DNA of 64,000 nt from a virus (taxonomy: Duplodnaviria; Caudoviricetes), in IMG/VR virus record IMGVR_UViG_3300009314_000001. The stretch is one strand, 5' to 3'. The translations under genes and the position numbers were made by a program. Each line of letters opens with the position of its first letter. Position 1 is the first letter of the stretch. Shown piece by piece: positions 37,646 through 47,715 of this stretch. The notes below the pieces were generated by a model. The model was not told the DNA's origin. It did not search any database and saw only the letters and a list, made by a program, of their open reading frames with translations.

Positions 37646-37864
37646 TTAGTCCCCAACATCGGGATATTTCCTTTTTACCGCTGCCCGCACTTTTTTCTTC
37701 TCGGCAGGGCTCCCATGCTGTGAAACACGCGATAAAGCATTTCTAGCATGGGATTTATCGTGGATTGGGTATCTTCTCTCACCAGGAAAAACAAAAGAAG
37801 AATCATCAAGATTCTTACGAGCCTTAGTCGTGAGCTTCTTTTCGACTATTTGTCTGAGGCGCAT
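37646..37864 (-). CDS. Small basic DUF6582-like protein
   Basis: LTTKARKNL..SFVFPGERRYPIHDKSHARNALSR..YP. Confidence 0.65.
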   Translation of the reverse strand: MRLRQIVEKKLTTKARKNLDDSSFVFPGERRYPIHDKSHARNALSRVSQHGSPAEKKKVRAAVKRKYPDVGD

Positions 37865-37865
37865 C

Positions 37866-40655
37866 TTACCGTCTTGGCCTAGGCTTCATGCCCTCCCGGC
37901 GCTTCTTTTCAGCACCAACCCCGTGCGACATACGTGAATAGTCTTGACTTTCTGGAGAGAAAGGCACGTTGGCATTCAACTTTTGCATCGGCTTTTCACG
38001 TCTGCGGCCTTTCACGGCCATTTCTGCACCTTCATCGTCAGGAAGGTATGGGCCTTCTTCGACCCGTACAGCAGAGCCCCAATTGTGACGCAACACTCGA
38101 CAAGTATGACCTTCCGCTACCATATTATTAGCAAAAGCCTCAGCGTGTCGACCAAACCGGAACAAAGCCTTGTTGCCTTCTGAGAGTGGCATTCGCCCCC
38201 TGACAGGAATCATCGGTACGCGATGCGTCAATCGTACATTCTTACCTTCCATGAAGTACGCTTCCAGAACAACCCGCCTAACAGGATGCATCTGCAGCAA
38301 TTCCTCCACATCAGCAAGAGCTTCCGACAATTGCCTTCGAGGACTCGTACGATTCACTGAGCCATCTCTCTCCTTGACAAGACAGGTAAATGCAATACCG
38401 AATTTCCCTCTCAAGCTACCAGCAGCTTCCGTCAAGGACTTACGAACGTGTTTTGCTAACCTTGAGACGTTCTCCTTAACCGTTGCTGGTGCTTTCTTCT
38501 CAGTACCGTCAATCGTTGGTGTTCCCTCAAGATTATTCTTCTGACTCTTACCAAGGGGTTCACCTAATTCTTTACCATCATCAGGACCTGGTTGATCCTT
38601 TTCGGCCAAGAAGTGTGAGGGATTATTTGGTCCACCACCGGCTCCACCGATTTGTGTGCCACCCATCTTCTCCATGGCGTTAGCCTTGGTATCACTTCCG
38701 AGTGTAAGAGCTTCGGATAGTGGCTGGAAGGTGGGGAATTTGTTCATCAATTGCTGGAGGGACGCCTGTACTTTACTTGGAGCACGTCGAGGATTGACAT
38801 TACCAGCATAGTATTGCCAGGATTTTGTCAGGGCCTCGCCGATTGATTGTGTACCGGCACCTTGGTTGCGACCAATAATGTTTCTGGCGGAAACCAGGAA
38901 TTCGCGGATGGATTTGTGATTTCGTGGGCTGAAGACGCGAGATTCTTCGAGTTCGGATTCTTCGCCCTCTTCGTCGAATAGACCCAGTTCATCGAAATCA
39001 TCCGGTGCACTATAGGTATCTTCTGGGCCTAGAGGAGGGCCACCCATCTCATCCATCTCGGCTTCATAGTCCATGGATGCGTCGATATCTTCTTCAGTGT
39101 CAAATCCAGGACTTGGGCCGCCCATACCCATATCCGATGGAATACCCTCTTCTCCTCCCATAAAGCCTAATTGCCCACCACATTCTGGGCAAGTATCTTC
39201 TTCTGGGCCAAGATAACCACATTCTGGGCATTCGTCAAAAGCACTTCCGTGCATGCCAAAATGCCCAGGACCGGTCATAGCGTCCATACCGCGAGAAGCA
39301 CCAAGACGTTCACCATATTCTGGGTCAAGATCTGGATCACCACCGTAGACATCTGGTTCGGCACCAATATCCATACCGAATGGGTCACCTCCTGCTCCAA
39401 ATTCACCGAATCCAGCGTCTTCTTCTCTGTCGAGAGTACTACCTCTTATAGCCTCTATACCAGGTTCTCTCTCCTGGAGTTCAGAGAAGGTTCGTCCAAA
39501 AGGGCGTTCCCGGCCCTCCGAGCAGCCGGATTCCCATGGCTTGCAGCCACTGTCATTACCGCCGCCATCGTCATCATCGTCGTCGGAACCGCCATCATCG
39601 GAACCGCTATCGTCGGAACCGCTATCATCAGAACCACTTTCCCACGGCTTACCACCGCCAGAACCACCAGAATCACCACCGCCGGAGTCGTCTCCGTCAT
39701 CGCCCTCGTCGCTATCACCGTCCCATGATCCACCATTTATTGGTGGTGCAGCACCGGGAAATGGTTTACCTTCGGCTAACGGCGTAGGCACCCAATAAAT
39801 GCCATTTGCATCTTCACCCTCGTAGAAGATGAATTCTCTATTCTCACGCATGAGCTGCAAGATAGAGGTCACATCCAGGTGATAATCAGCACCATGGGCT
39901 GCACAAAGCCTCTCGAAATCCTCGAGACAAACCGCTTCGGTCTCTCGTGCATACGAATCGAAGAGGCCTTGAAGATTCACATCCTCATCAATAAGCTTAC
40001 CAAATAGTTCAGGACTCCAACTTTCATTGGGTTGACCCATTTGTGGAGGACTGGTACCAGTAATTGGTCCATCCGTTGGCATTTTCTGCGGCGTGCCAGC
40101 GTTGTCCATTTCATCTTGGGCTGAACCGCCCTGAAGAGTACCACCATCTGACCAGCGATTGCCTTCGAAGGGCTCGGCTACACCGCTACCGGTGTTCTTT
40201 GCCTCGTCTGGCCAGTTGTGGCCCATCTCTTCTTGGTGACCATCTTTGGGATCACCAACTGAACTTTCGTGGCTTCCCTGTGGGCCGCTGCAAACTCCGT
40301 CATCGTTGACGTCGCTCATTGCGGGGGTGTCTTTGTGATCTCTCACCCATTCTTTGCCTTGGTTGGACGTAGCGGTATCATAGGCACCAACTTTGTCCTT
40401 TTTTGGTTTTCTTTCGGCAACACCGTCACCAGTCGGACTTGGCATCTGGTAGTCGCCAGGATCGTATTCCCCACCACTGAATTTGGGGTCCCACTCTCTG
40501 ATGACAGGTTGTCTTCTAGTCATTGTTTTCTCCGATACGTCGTTAACGCCGTTAGCGTCCTCATCCTCGTCTTCTTCATCCGTGATATCATAAGGCCCCG
40601 GCGTAATTGCTATTGCTCCGGTGCCGGTAAATGATTCAAACCACGAGTATTTCAT
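37866..40655 (-). CDS. 929-aa acidic low-complexity protein (putative head core/scaffold)
   Basis: G/D/S/E-rich tracts and several LxEA/LxEG motifs; late motif upstream. Confidence 0.65.
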   Translation of the reverse strand: MKYSWFESFTGTGAIAITPGPYDITDEEDEDEDANGVNDVSEKTMTRRQPVIREWDPKFSGGEYDPGDYQMPSPTGDGVAERKPKKDKVGAYDTATSNQGKEWVRDHKDTPAMSDVNDDGVCSGPQGSHESSVGDPKDGHQEEMGHNWPDEAKNTGSGVAEPFEGNRWSDGGTLQGGSAQDEMDNAGTPQKMPTDGPITGTSPPQMGQPNESWSPELFGKLIDEDVNLQGLFDSYARETEAVCLEDFERLCAAHGADYHLDVTSILQLMRENREFIFYEGEDANGIYWVPTPLAEGKPFPGAAPPINGGSWDGDSDEGDDGDDSGGGDSGGSGGGKPWESGSDDSGSDDSGSDDGGSDDDDDDGGGNDSGCKPWESGCSEGRERPFGRTFSELQEREPGIEAIRGSTLDREEDAGFGEFGAGGDPFGMDIGAEPDVYGGDPDLDPEYGERLGASRGMDAMTGPGHFGMHGSAFDECPECGYLGPEEDTCPECGGQLGFMGGEEGIPSDMGMGGPSPGFDTEEDIDASMDYEAEMDEMGGPPLGPEDTYSAPDDFDELGLFDEEGEESELEESRVFSPRNHKSIREFLVSARNIIGRNQGAGTQSIGEALTKSWQYYAGNVNPRRAPSKVQASLQQLMNKFPTFQPLSEALTLGSDTKANAMEKMGGTQIGGAGGGPNNPSHFLAEKDQPGPDDGKELGEPLGKSQKNNLEGTPTIDGTEKKAPATVKENVSRLAKHVRKSLTEAAGSLRGKFGIAFTCLVKERDGSVNRTSPRRQLSEALADVEELLQMHPVRRVVLEAYFMEGKNVRLTHRVPMIPVRGRMPLSEGNKALFRFGRHAEAFANNMVAEGHTCRVLRHNWGSAVRVEEGPYLPDDEGAEMAVKGRRREKPMQKLNANVPFSPESQDYSRMSHGVGAEKKRREGMKPRPRR

Positions 40656-40667
40656 TTTAACCTATAG

Positions 40668-40675
40668 TATTTTTG
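40668..40675 (-). promoter_or_regulatory. CAAANATA motif
   Basis: CAAAAATA 12 nt upstream of ATG 40655. Confidence 0.45.
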
Positions 40676-40709
40676 CCTAACTTCAGGAATCTCCACATAA
40701 GTCAAACCC

Positions 40710-40717
40710 CAAAAATA
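40710..40717 (+). promoter_or_regulatory. CAAANATA motif
   Basis: CAAAAATA 5 nt upstream of ATG 40723. Confidence 0.4.
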
Positions 40718-40722
40718 AATTT

Positions 40723-41544
40723 ATGCGAATAGGACTGCTGACACAACGTTCTCAGAATATAGGCGATGATATCCAAAACTTCGCTACCTCTAGATTATTA
40801 CCAAGAATCGATTGCCTAGTCAATAGGGATAATTACGCTGTTTCAGCCATTACTGATAACAAGGACGCAGAAATACTATTAGTAATGGCTGCCTGGCATA
40901 AATTTAATCCACATATCTGGCCACCACCCGACAATATAATTCCCATATTTGTAGGAACACACCTATCCGACCAAAATGACGCCTATCTTTGGATGATCAA
41001 TCGTAAATCATATTTCAAAAAGTACGAACCAATAGGTTGTAGAGATTACCACACTGTCAAGGCACTTCAATCTGCAGGTATCGAAGCATATTTTAGTGGT
41101 TGTGCAACTCTAACATTAGATGATTATCGTGCTTCAACCAAAAAGCCTAGGATACCTCTTTGCCTAGCAGAAATGAAAAATGATCATGGTAGAAGTATAC
41201 GTGCTCATGCCAAGAATTCCAAGATCGTCAGAACCACGCATTACCTAAAAAGAAAAGATGTTTCCTGGAAAAAACGAATTAAATTAGCCAAAAAATTATT
41301 GGGAATCTACTACAGGTCATCTATTGTCATAACTACCAGGTTGCACGCATATCTACCGGCAATCGCATTTGGTAATACAGCTATCTTAGTCGGTGAACTA
41401 AATGTCAGAACTGCAGATTATATAAAAACATTTGACCGCCAAGAATTGTCAAGGAGGTTTAGAACAGCTCTATCTAAAGCTCTTGCAGACCATGGTGTTC
41501 TAGATAATCAATCAGTTCATCGAACCGATCTTCAGAATGAGTAG
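40723..41544 (+). CDS. Polysaccharide pyruvyl transferase family protein
   Basis: QNIGDDIQ, IGCRDYHT, YFSGCATL, ITTRLH. Confidence 0.75.
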   Translation: MRIGLLTQRSQNIGDDIQNFATSRLLPRIDCLVNRDNYAVSAITDNKDAEILLVMAAWHKFNPHIWPPPDNIIPIFVGTHLSDQNDAYLWMINRKSYFKKYEPIGCRDYHTVKALQSAGIEAYFSGCATLTLDDYRASTKKPRIPLCLAEMKNDHGRSIRAHAKNSKIVRTTHYLKRKDVSWKKRIKLAKKLLGIYYRSSIVITTRLHAYLPAIAFGNTAILVGELNVRTADYIKTFDRQELSRRFRTALSKALADHGVLDNQSVHRTDLQNE

Positions 41545-41977
41545 CACCATAATCTATTCCATCACCACGAGTGCGTCTAATTTGACCAGGACGGTCATTT
41601 CCTCTAGCAGTAGCATTCGCCATATATTTAGACTTAGCACGAGACCGTTCAGGCCCATCAGAGACTCGTGGCGTACTGCCGGTCATATTATTGGGTGAAT
41701 CCTCGTCGGTATCCCCACTAGATCGCACTAATTGTGGAATATGGTCTCTCTGGTGCTCCTGTTGTTCAGGAGACATAGCCGGAGAGGGACCACCGAATTC
41801 CATCCCCTCCCAGAAATCTATCTCCTCATTCAACTCCTCACAAAGCTCGTTAAGAGTTGCCTCATCATCAACTACTTGCTCTTCATCGCCAGTAGGATTT
41901 AATCTAGTATAGACACCATCACGCCTTTCGAATTCTTCATCATCGTCAGGCGATACTACCGGCATATCTTTAGCCAT
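41474..41977 (-). CDS. Acidic hypothetical protein
   Basis: 167-aa ORF. Confidence 0.55.
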   Translation of the reverse strand: MAKDMPVVSPDDDEEFERRDGVYTRLNPTGDEEQVVDDEATLNELCEELNEEIDFWEGMEFGGPSPAMSPEQQEHQRDHIPQLVRSSGDTDEDSPNNMTGSTPRVSDGPERSRAKSKYMANATARGNDRPGQIRRTRGDGIDYGATHSEDRFDELIDYLEHHGLQEL

Positions 41978-42458
41978 TTTTGTGTCTCACTAATATCCAA
42001 TTATCCTTAGGAATTTGATCAATTACTTGTCGATCATCTTCCGTTAAGTATTCTATATATGCCACTCGACCAACAATTAAGTAGTCATATTTAATTTTGT
42101 CCGAAATAAATTCTTTAATTCTCGACAATAATTGTCCCTTAGGTGCTGATATAGTACAACGACGCGGAAAAGTCAATAAACCAGAGTTAAAATAACGATC
42201 CAAAACATCAGAAGTCGACTCCACCTTAATAACCTGTGGGTAATGCTGCTGCAAGAATTTGGCAAGTTCATCAGAACCACCAAAATCCTCTATTGCGTCA
42301 AGCACCTCCATCATTAACTTCTGATTACTACCACAACCATGAGATTCTCTCAAATCCTTCATGAATGCAGTATACAAGGCCTTATTATACTCATAAAGCC
42401 ATGTCTGCCATGTGGGTGATGTAGCAAGATCACAAAATCTACCAGTTCGTAGTTGCAT
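41970..42458 (-). CDS. Hypothetical protein
   Basis: 162-aa ORF, operonic overlap. Confidence 0.55.
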   Translation of the reverse strand: MQLRTGRFCDLATSPTWQTWLYEYNKALYTAFMKDLRESHGCGSNQKLMMEVLDAIEDFGGSDELAKFLQQHYPQVIKVESTSDVLDRYFNSGLLTFPRRCTISAPKGQLLSRIKEFISDKIKYDYLIVGRVAYIEYLTEDDRQVIDQIPKDNWILVRHKNG

Positions 42459-44914
42459 TATCCCACCGGAAATAGGACAATATCCATTTGATACATTAGA
42501 TGTCGGTGCCCAGCCGGATTACCCTTAGCGTTTGTGTATTCTTGATCTCTAATAATAGAAATTACCGTATCACTCAGTTCTTTATCGTATTTGAATAAGA
42601 TATCTTGTGATGATGATAATGGTGCAAACGTCTTACCATCTAACGTAGGCCATGCAAATGCTGGATATCCAATCTCTGATAACTGTTCTATGCAAGGAGT
42701 ATCTTCCTTTTCACCACCTCCACAAGAAGTATCATCACCAATCGATCTTTTGACAACTATATAATTCTGTCCGGCTATATTGATAATGACACCACAACAC
42801 TTACCACTCTCCCACCCCCGCTTATACCATGCAAAATGTCTAGCATTCATTCTGCATATTAGTTCTTCCTCTTCCTCTTCTTTCTTCACATTCCTCACAT
42901 AAGCGGATTTTGTAGGTTTAGCCTTCAGCTCAATTTCCGCTTCTTTAGTAAAATCAACAATCACGGAACCGGATACATTAGCTGTCGGAATCATATGAAA
43001 GAAGCCACCAACTTCTCCACCATCATGCTCGAATGATAAAGTAAGACCCTCATATGCTGATTTTGCAGCTATCAAACTATCGAATTTACCTTTATTAAGG
43101 AATCTTACTTGTTTATTTTCACCCCCCTCGACATAACTCAAAGCAAGATCCGCAAAGTGTCTTCCGTTGATTTGTGCACCAAAAGTACGCAACGTAGCGA
43201 CATACTTGCCCTTATCCAAGTTAATAATTGCAGAATTAGTCGCAGAGACATTCAACAATGGATCTATTTCAATAATCTGGTCTGATGTGACCAATTCCCT
43301 AACAGCTGAAGCGGCAGAAGCAGACGGTGGACAAGAGAGCGTAAGTTCCCATGCCGTATCTGGTAGTGGACCATAAACATCAACTGTAGCAGAAGTAGTA
43401 GCTGAAGTCTTATTGAATGTCATCGAGCCACTTCCAGTACCCTGAATTGTCTCTGCTGGGTACCCACGACTAGCCAATTCCGAATTCAATTGACTTTGAT
43501 AAGATGACCTACCCCTATATCCAGTATCAATAACTACTGCACCATCAAACGTAACCACGAACTTATCTGGTACATTATAAGCCTGATAATTCAAAGTAAT
43601 TGTACCAGTACCAGCACCAAGAGCAACAGTAATTGTTCGCGGAAAAACTTGGGCACCACTATACGTCACCGGCTGGGCACAAACACAATTAACTCCAGTA
43701 CATGGAGTCCCAGGTGGCGGAGGAGGTGGCGGAGGCGGAGGAGGTGGAGGTGGCGGAGGAGGTGGTACATCACAAACCTCTTCATATCCTGGCGGCCACA
43801 AAGCAGTACTCTGCTTAAACCTTTGTTGCCAACTAGACGGATCCCTCTCGTGAATGCTAATCCCCTGCGGAAGTGCTTGTGCAGCCGTACTCTCCATATG
43901 GCGACGAAGATGATTACTCTTCGTCTTTGAAATACAATTCTCTAGGGCACAACACAATGCTGCCTTCTGTTCATCAAAAAGGTCAGACATTGTTTGTATC
44001 CAGAATTCTACTATGTCCTCATAACCCTGCTTTAATCTAGCAACTTCAGTTAGAAATTGCGTACGTATAGCTTCGATTATTATATCAACATCTATATAAT
44101 ATATAGTTTGCGGCGTACCAACAACACTTTCTACAGCCAAAACCCAACTACTCTCCTGTTGTTTCACATTAAATAAACTAGTTGATGCATCAGCCTTACC
44201 GACCACTTGTCTATCAAATTGCAAAGTATACTTTGTCGGATCCTCAGCGTCCTGTACTGCCTCAACAGAAGTTAATGCTGTCTTTAGGCCACGTTTCGCC
44301 TTAGCCTGTATTGGCTCTGGCTGAAGATCTAGATTACATTCTGGTGCAAGCCCCTGTTCACCTTGGTCTCCCTGAGGACCTGCTAATATTTCATTCTCAC
44401 CAGGCTCACCAGTTTCGCCCTTTAATCCTTTTGGTCCTACTGGTCCTTCGACTATTAACTGACCACGCCTTCTTAGTTCTGCTACTAGATTTGGTATATT
44501 AACAGTGAAATCAAAACCGTAAGTATGCTGATGAATATGAAATGGATGTGATTCACTTATCGTGGCCCCAGTCGAATCAACATTCCTGATATCAACATTA
44601 CCATCTACATCGATAAATCTATTATCACCATATAATCCAATAGTTCCTTTTATGTATGCCCCAAGACAATCATTACCAATAATTGTTGAATCTGGTGGTG
44701 GAATAACTAACCTATTCAGTTTTTGCAGGTCAGTAGCCGACATCGCACCGTCAGCTTCATTAGTAACCAAGGGCAATATCATATTGCCAGATGCGATCTT
44801 AACCCAAGAATTTATAGTAGCATCATACTTATACAATATCCCCGGCCTTAATTCAAATATCATATCATGGGTAGGATCAGCCGGGAATCGCGTAATCAAG
44901 CTCTTGTCCTCCAC
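42458..44914 (-). CDS. Fibre-like virion protein with collagen-like and polyproline segments
   Basis: GPVGPKGLKGETGEPGE (Gly-X-Y), 18 consecutive Pro. Confidence 0.7.
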   Translation of the reverse strand: MEDKSLITRFPADPTHDMIFELRPGILYKYDATINSWVKIASGNMILPLVTNEADGAMSATDLQKLNRLVIPPPDSTIIGNDCLGAYIKGTIGLYGDNRFIDVDGNVDIRNVDSTGATISESHPFHIHQHTYGFDFTVNIPNLVAELRRRGQLIVEGPVGPKGLKGETGEPGENEILAGPQGDQGEQGLAPECNLDLQPEPIQAKAKRGLKTALTSVEAVQDAEDPTKYTLQFDRQVVGKADASTSLFNVKQQESSWVLAVESVVGTPQTIYYIDVDIIIEAIRTQFLTEVARLKQGYEDIVEFWIQTMSDLFDEQKAALCCALENCISKTKSNHLRRHMESTAAQALPQGISIHERDPSSWQQRFKQSTALWPPGYEEVCDVPPPPPPPPPPPPPPPPPPGTPCTGVNCVCAQPVTYSGAQVFPRTITVALGAGTGTITLNYQAYNVPDKFVVTFDGAVVIDTGYRGRSSYQSQLNSELASRGYPAETIQGTGSGSMTFNKTSATTSATVDVYGPLPDTAWELTLSCPPSASAASAVRELVTSDQIIEIDPLLNVSATNSAIINLDKGKYVATLRTFGAQINGRHFADLALSYVEGGENKQVRFLNKGKFDSLIAAKSAYEGLTLSFEHDGGEVGGFFHMIPTANVSGSVIVDFTKEAEIELKAKPTKSAYVRNVKKEEEEEELICRMNARHFAWYKRGWESGKCCGVIINIAGQNYIVVKRSIGDDTSCGGGEKEDTPCIEQLSEIGYPAFAWPTLDGKTFAPLSSSQDILFKYDKELSDTVISIIRDQEYTNAKGNPAGHRHLMYQMDIVLFPVG
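43712..43765 (-). repeat. (CCN)18 polyproline tract
   Basis: 18 NGG triplets on the + strand. Confidence 0.9.
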
Positions 44915-46146
44915 TCTCTGGCACCCATAGTAAATCTAGAGACTTCTCTATTGCCAACTATAGCACGAGCATCTGATGCTATAGAAGGACTAGTAGGACT
45001 ACACGGATTAGTAAATGTAATACAATATTCCATGGCTGGCAAATTAAATTCACACATCGCCAACTCATGAGCTAGGTCTGATAAAATACGACGTGCTTTA
45101 TCATCAATCTCTTCGATATATTCTTTTACTTGTTTACCCCATGCCTCATCGATCTTAGTCAGTCGTTTTTTGTATTCCTCGACAATATCGGTAACAAAAT
45201 CCGATAATGACATAGTACCATTAAAACCAACAGGTTCACCATCCCTATCATTGGAACCCTTGGCAAGCCTCAATAATTGTAAATCTAATGTTGTTTCATC
45301 GCCACGAGGCTGCACTAATGTCCATCCATCAAGCCTTGTTACGTCACAAACAGCTACATCCGGGTCTTCTGGATATACGAGTGACCTACTTAATGGGAGT
45401 GCTAGGACTTTATCTGCTGGTCTGTCTTCTGGGATATCAAGTTTGGCTTTTGTCGATATTAGTTTACATCCATGTCCATCATTATCCATCAATTTCAAGT
45501 CTACTATTGCATCTTCAGCAATTCCACTAATATCTCTATATGAAATTCCAGTAAGTTCGCATAATACTCCTATACTAGTGCCTTGTTCACCCTGTTGACC
45601 CTGCGGCCCATCACTGAAGCCATGTTCTCCTTGAAGTCCTTTATATCCTGTCTCTCCCCTATCTCCTGTTGGGCCTGGAAGATCTATTATTAGAGTATCA
45701 AGCCATAAATCTTTTGGCTTAAATAATAATCCAGGTGGGTCTTCAGTTGGAGCAGCACAGAAAACAGTCTGATCAGCACATTCTTCTGATTTCTGTCTTG
45801 TCGTGCCAACACAAATTATGTCTAAGCTCTCACTACGTAATTCTATTGGCCCTTGAATTACACCGTCAGGATTTGTATCAGTACTTAATAATTGTTTGGG
45901 GTCTACAATAATTCCAAAGCCACCACCAACAGCAGGGATTGAGTCCAAGGCTTTTTTATCCTGCCTGGACATGTATCCATATTCTTCGTTTGTTGCCAGT
46001 GGGATACTATCTACGGTACCTCCACGTTCCCATAGGAATATCTTGCTATTATAGACCCAGCGCACGAATTCACTGTCTACAAAGACTTGGCCATCCGTAG
46101 GGATCGCTGGGAAAACAGATGATCTGCCTGGTTTTGGTAGCGCCAT
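44896..46146 (-). CDS. Fibre-like virion protein, paralogue of 42458..44914
   Basis: Similar N-terminus (FPAIPTDGQ / FPADPTHDM) and a Gly-X-Y segment. Confidence 0.7.
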   Translation of the reverse strand: MALPKPGRSSVFPAIPTDGQVFVDSEFVRWVYNSKIFLWERGGTVDSIPLATNEEYGYMSRQDKKALDSIPAVGGGFGIIVDPKQLLSTDTNPDGVIQGPIELRSESLDIICVGTTRQKSEECADQTVFCAAPTEDPPGLLFKPKDLWLDTLIIDLPGPTGDRGETGYKGLQGEHGFSDGPQGQQGEQGTSIGVLCELTGISYRDISGIAEDAIVDLKLMDNDGHGCKLISTKAKLDIPEDRPADKVLALPLSRSLVYPEDPDVAVCDVTRLDGWTLVQPRGDETTLDLQLLRLAKGSNDRDGEPVGFNGTMSLSDFVTDIVEEYKKRLTKIDEAWGKQVKEYIEEIDDKARRILSDLAHELAMCEFNLPAMEYCITFTNPCSPTSPSIASDARAIVGNREVSRFTMGAREWRTRA

Positions 46147-46233
46147 AGATATATATATCTAACGAGACTAATTTTACTACTTGTAGATTTGCACTTTCAA
46201 AACTACGTTAGGCCCACACATAGGAGATCCATA

Positions 46234-47715
46234 ATGCCTGATACCCAAGCAATCCAAGAAGCGAATGACACTCGCCTACACAAAATGGCTAACGTTGTTG
46301 GAACTGCAATAGGTGAAAAATTCGTAAATGGCGAACCTACTGGTAATCCGGCAGTGCTAGTGTTCGTGCAGAAGAAATTCTCCAAGAGAGGAGTTTTCAG
46401 CAAATTCTCTGCAGACGAAATGATACCAGACGAACTAGACGGCGTACCAACTGATGTAATAGAAGTTGGACATATCGTCAAGCAAGCCGGATTCAAAAGC
46501 AAAGTACGACCATTACAACCTGGATACAGTTGTGGGCACGGGGGAATTACAGCCGGTACTATCGGAGGATTCTTCCGCGATAAAGACGGCGACCTGGTCA
46601 TGCTATCAAACAATCATGTCGTAGCGGACGAGAATAAAGCAAAAAAAGGCGACCCAATATTTCAACCTGGTCCAACCGATAATCACTCCAATAAGAATTT
46701 CAGAGGATGGCCTGATCCAGTTGCTAAACTACCATATTTCGCAACACTGAAGCGATATGTAAGACTCAAGGGTTCTGGCAATAGACAAGATTCAGGAATC
46801 TGTAAAGTCCACCCAAAAATCCTCAAGGAAGGACTCATAGATTATGTATATCCTGTGGTCAATAAGAGATTACAAGGATGGGAACATCCAAACGTCGGAG
46901 AACAAGTACAGAAATGTGGTAGAACTACGGGGTATACCACTGGCAGGATAATTGGGCAAAACGCCAGCTTCTCAGTAGGCTACGATTTCGGTGTAGCCAG
47001 GTTTAAGAACTGTATAGTACTATCAGCTATGAGTAGGGGCGGCGATTCTGGCAGTGTTATAGCCGATTTGGATATGAATGCCGTAGGATTATTATTTGCC
47101 GGATCTACAAAGGTAACACTCGCCAATCCTATCGGATTAGTCAAGGCTCATTACGGCTTGGAGTTAGTCACAAGCAAAGTGGATGAACCTGAGGTACAAT
47201 TCGGAGGAAGAACGTGGGATGTCTTCAGGGGGTCAGGTACTCTACGATCACAAGGTGGTCAACTTCATATCTCGAACAAGGCACATAATTTCTGTTATGC
47301 CGAATGCGATATCGACAAGTTCAAAACTATTTCGTGCGTAGTCAATAGTGGTTCTGATAAAGGAGTTACTTGGGGGCCTGGACTACTAGTGAAATGGGCA
47401 AATGGATTTGTAAAAGTCAATGTACGATATAATAGGAGTTTTGGTGGTTTCGTTAACGAACAGCGAGTAGGCGGAATAGGAAATACGAAACCAAATACTG
47501 ATTATCCTATGAGAATAGTCAAGAATCAAAACACGATAAAGGGAGAAGTGTTCTCGAACTCGAAATGGCTCAAAGTACTAGAAGTCCCAACCTCAGTATT
47601 TCCTGGGCCAGTAGATGTTGTGAGAATTGGTAAGATCGGGAGTAATGGTGGGGGAAACAACTCAAAGAGTGGTAAGGTAGGGAGTTGCCAAGTAAAGGAC
47701 TTCAAGGTAACCTAG
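46234..47715 (+). CDS. Trypsin/chymotrypsin-like serine protease with pro-region
   Basis: AGTIG, LSNNHV (His), QD, GGDSGS (Ser); AGGAG RBS. Confidence 0.85.
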   Translation: MPDTQAIQEANDTRLHKMANVVGTAIGEKFVNGEPTGNPAVLVFVQKKFSKRGVFSKFSADEMIPDELDGVPTDVIEVGHIVKQAGFKSKVRPLQPGYSCGHGGITAGTIGGFFRDKDGDLVMLSNNHVVADENKAKKGDPIFQPGPTDNHSNKNFRGWPDPVAKLPYFATLKRYVRLKGSGNRQDSGICKVHPKILKEGLIDYVYPVVNKRLQGWEHPNVGEQVQKCGRTTGYTTGRIIGQNASFSVGYDFGVARFKNCIVLSAMSRGGDSGSVIADLDMNAVGLLFAGSTKVTLANPIGLVKAHYGLELVTSKVDEPEVQFGGRTWDVFRGSGTLRSQGGQLHISNKAHNFCYAECDIDKFKTISCVVNSGSDKGVTWGPGLLVKWANGFVKVNVRYNRSFGGFVNEQRVGGIGNTKPNTDYPMRIVKNQNTIKGEVFSNSKWLKVLEVPTSVFPGPVDVVRIGKIGSNGGGNNSKSGKVGSCQVKDFKVT

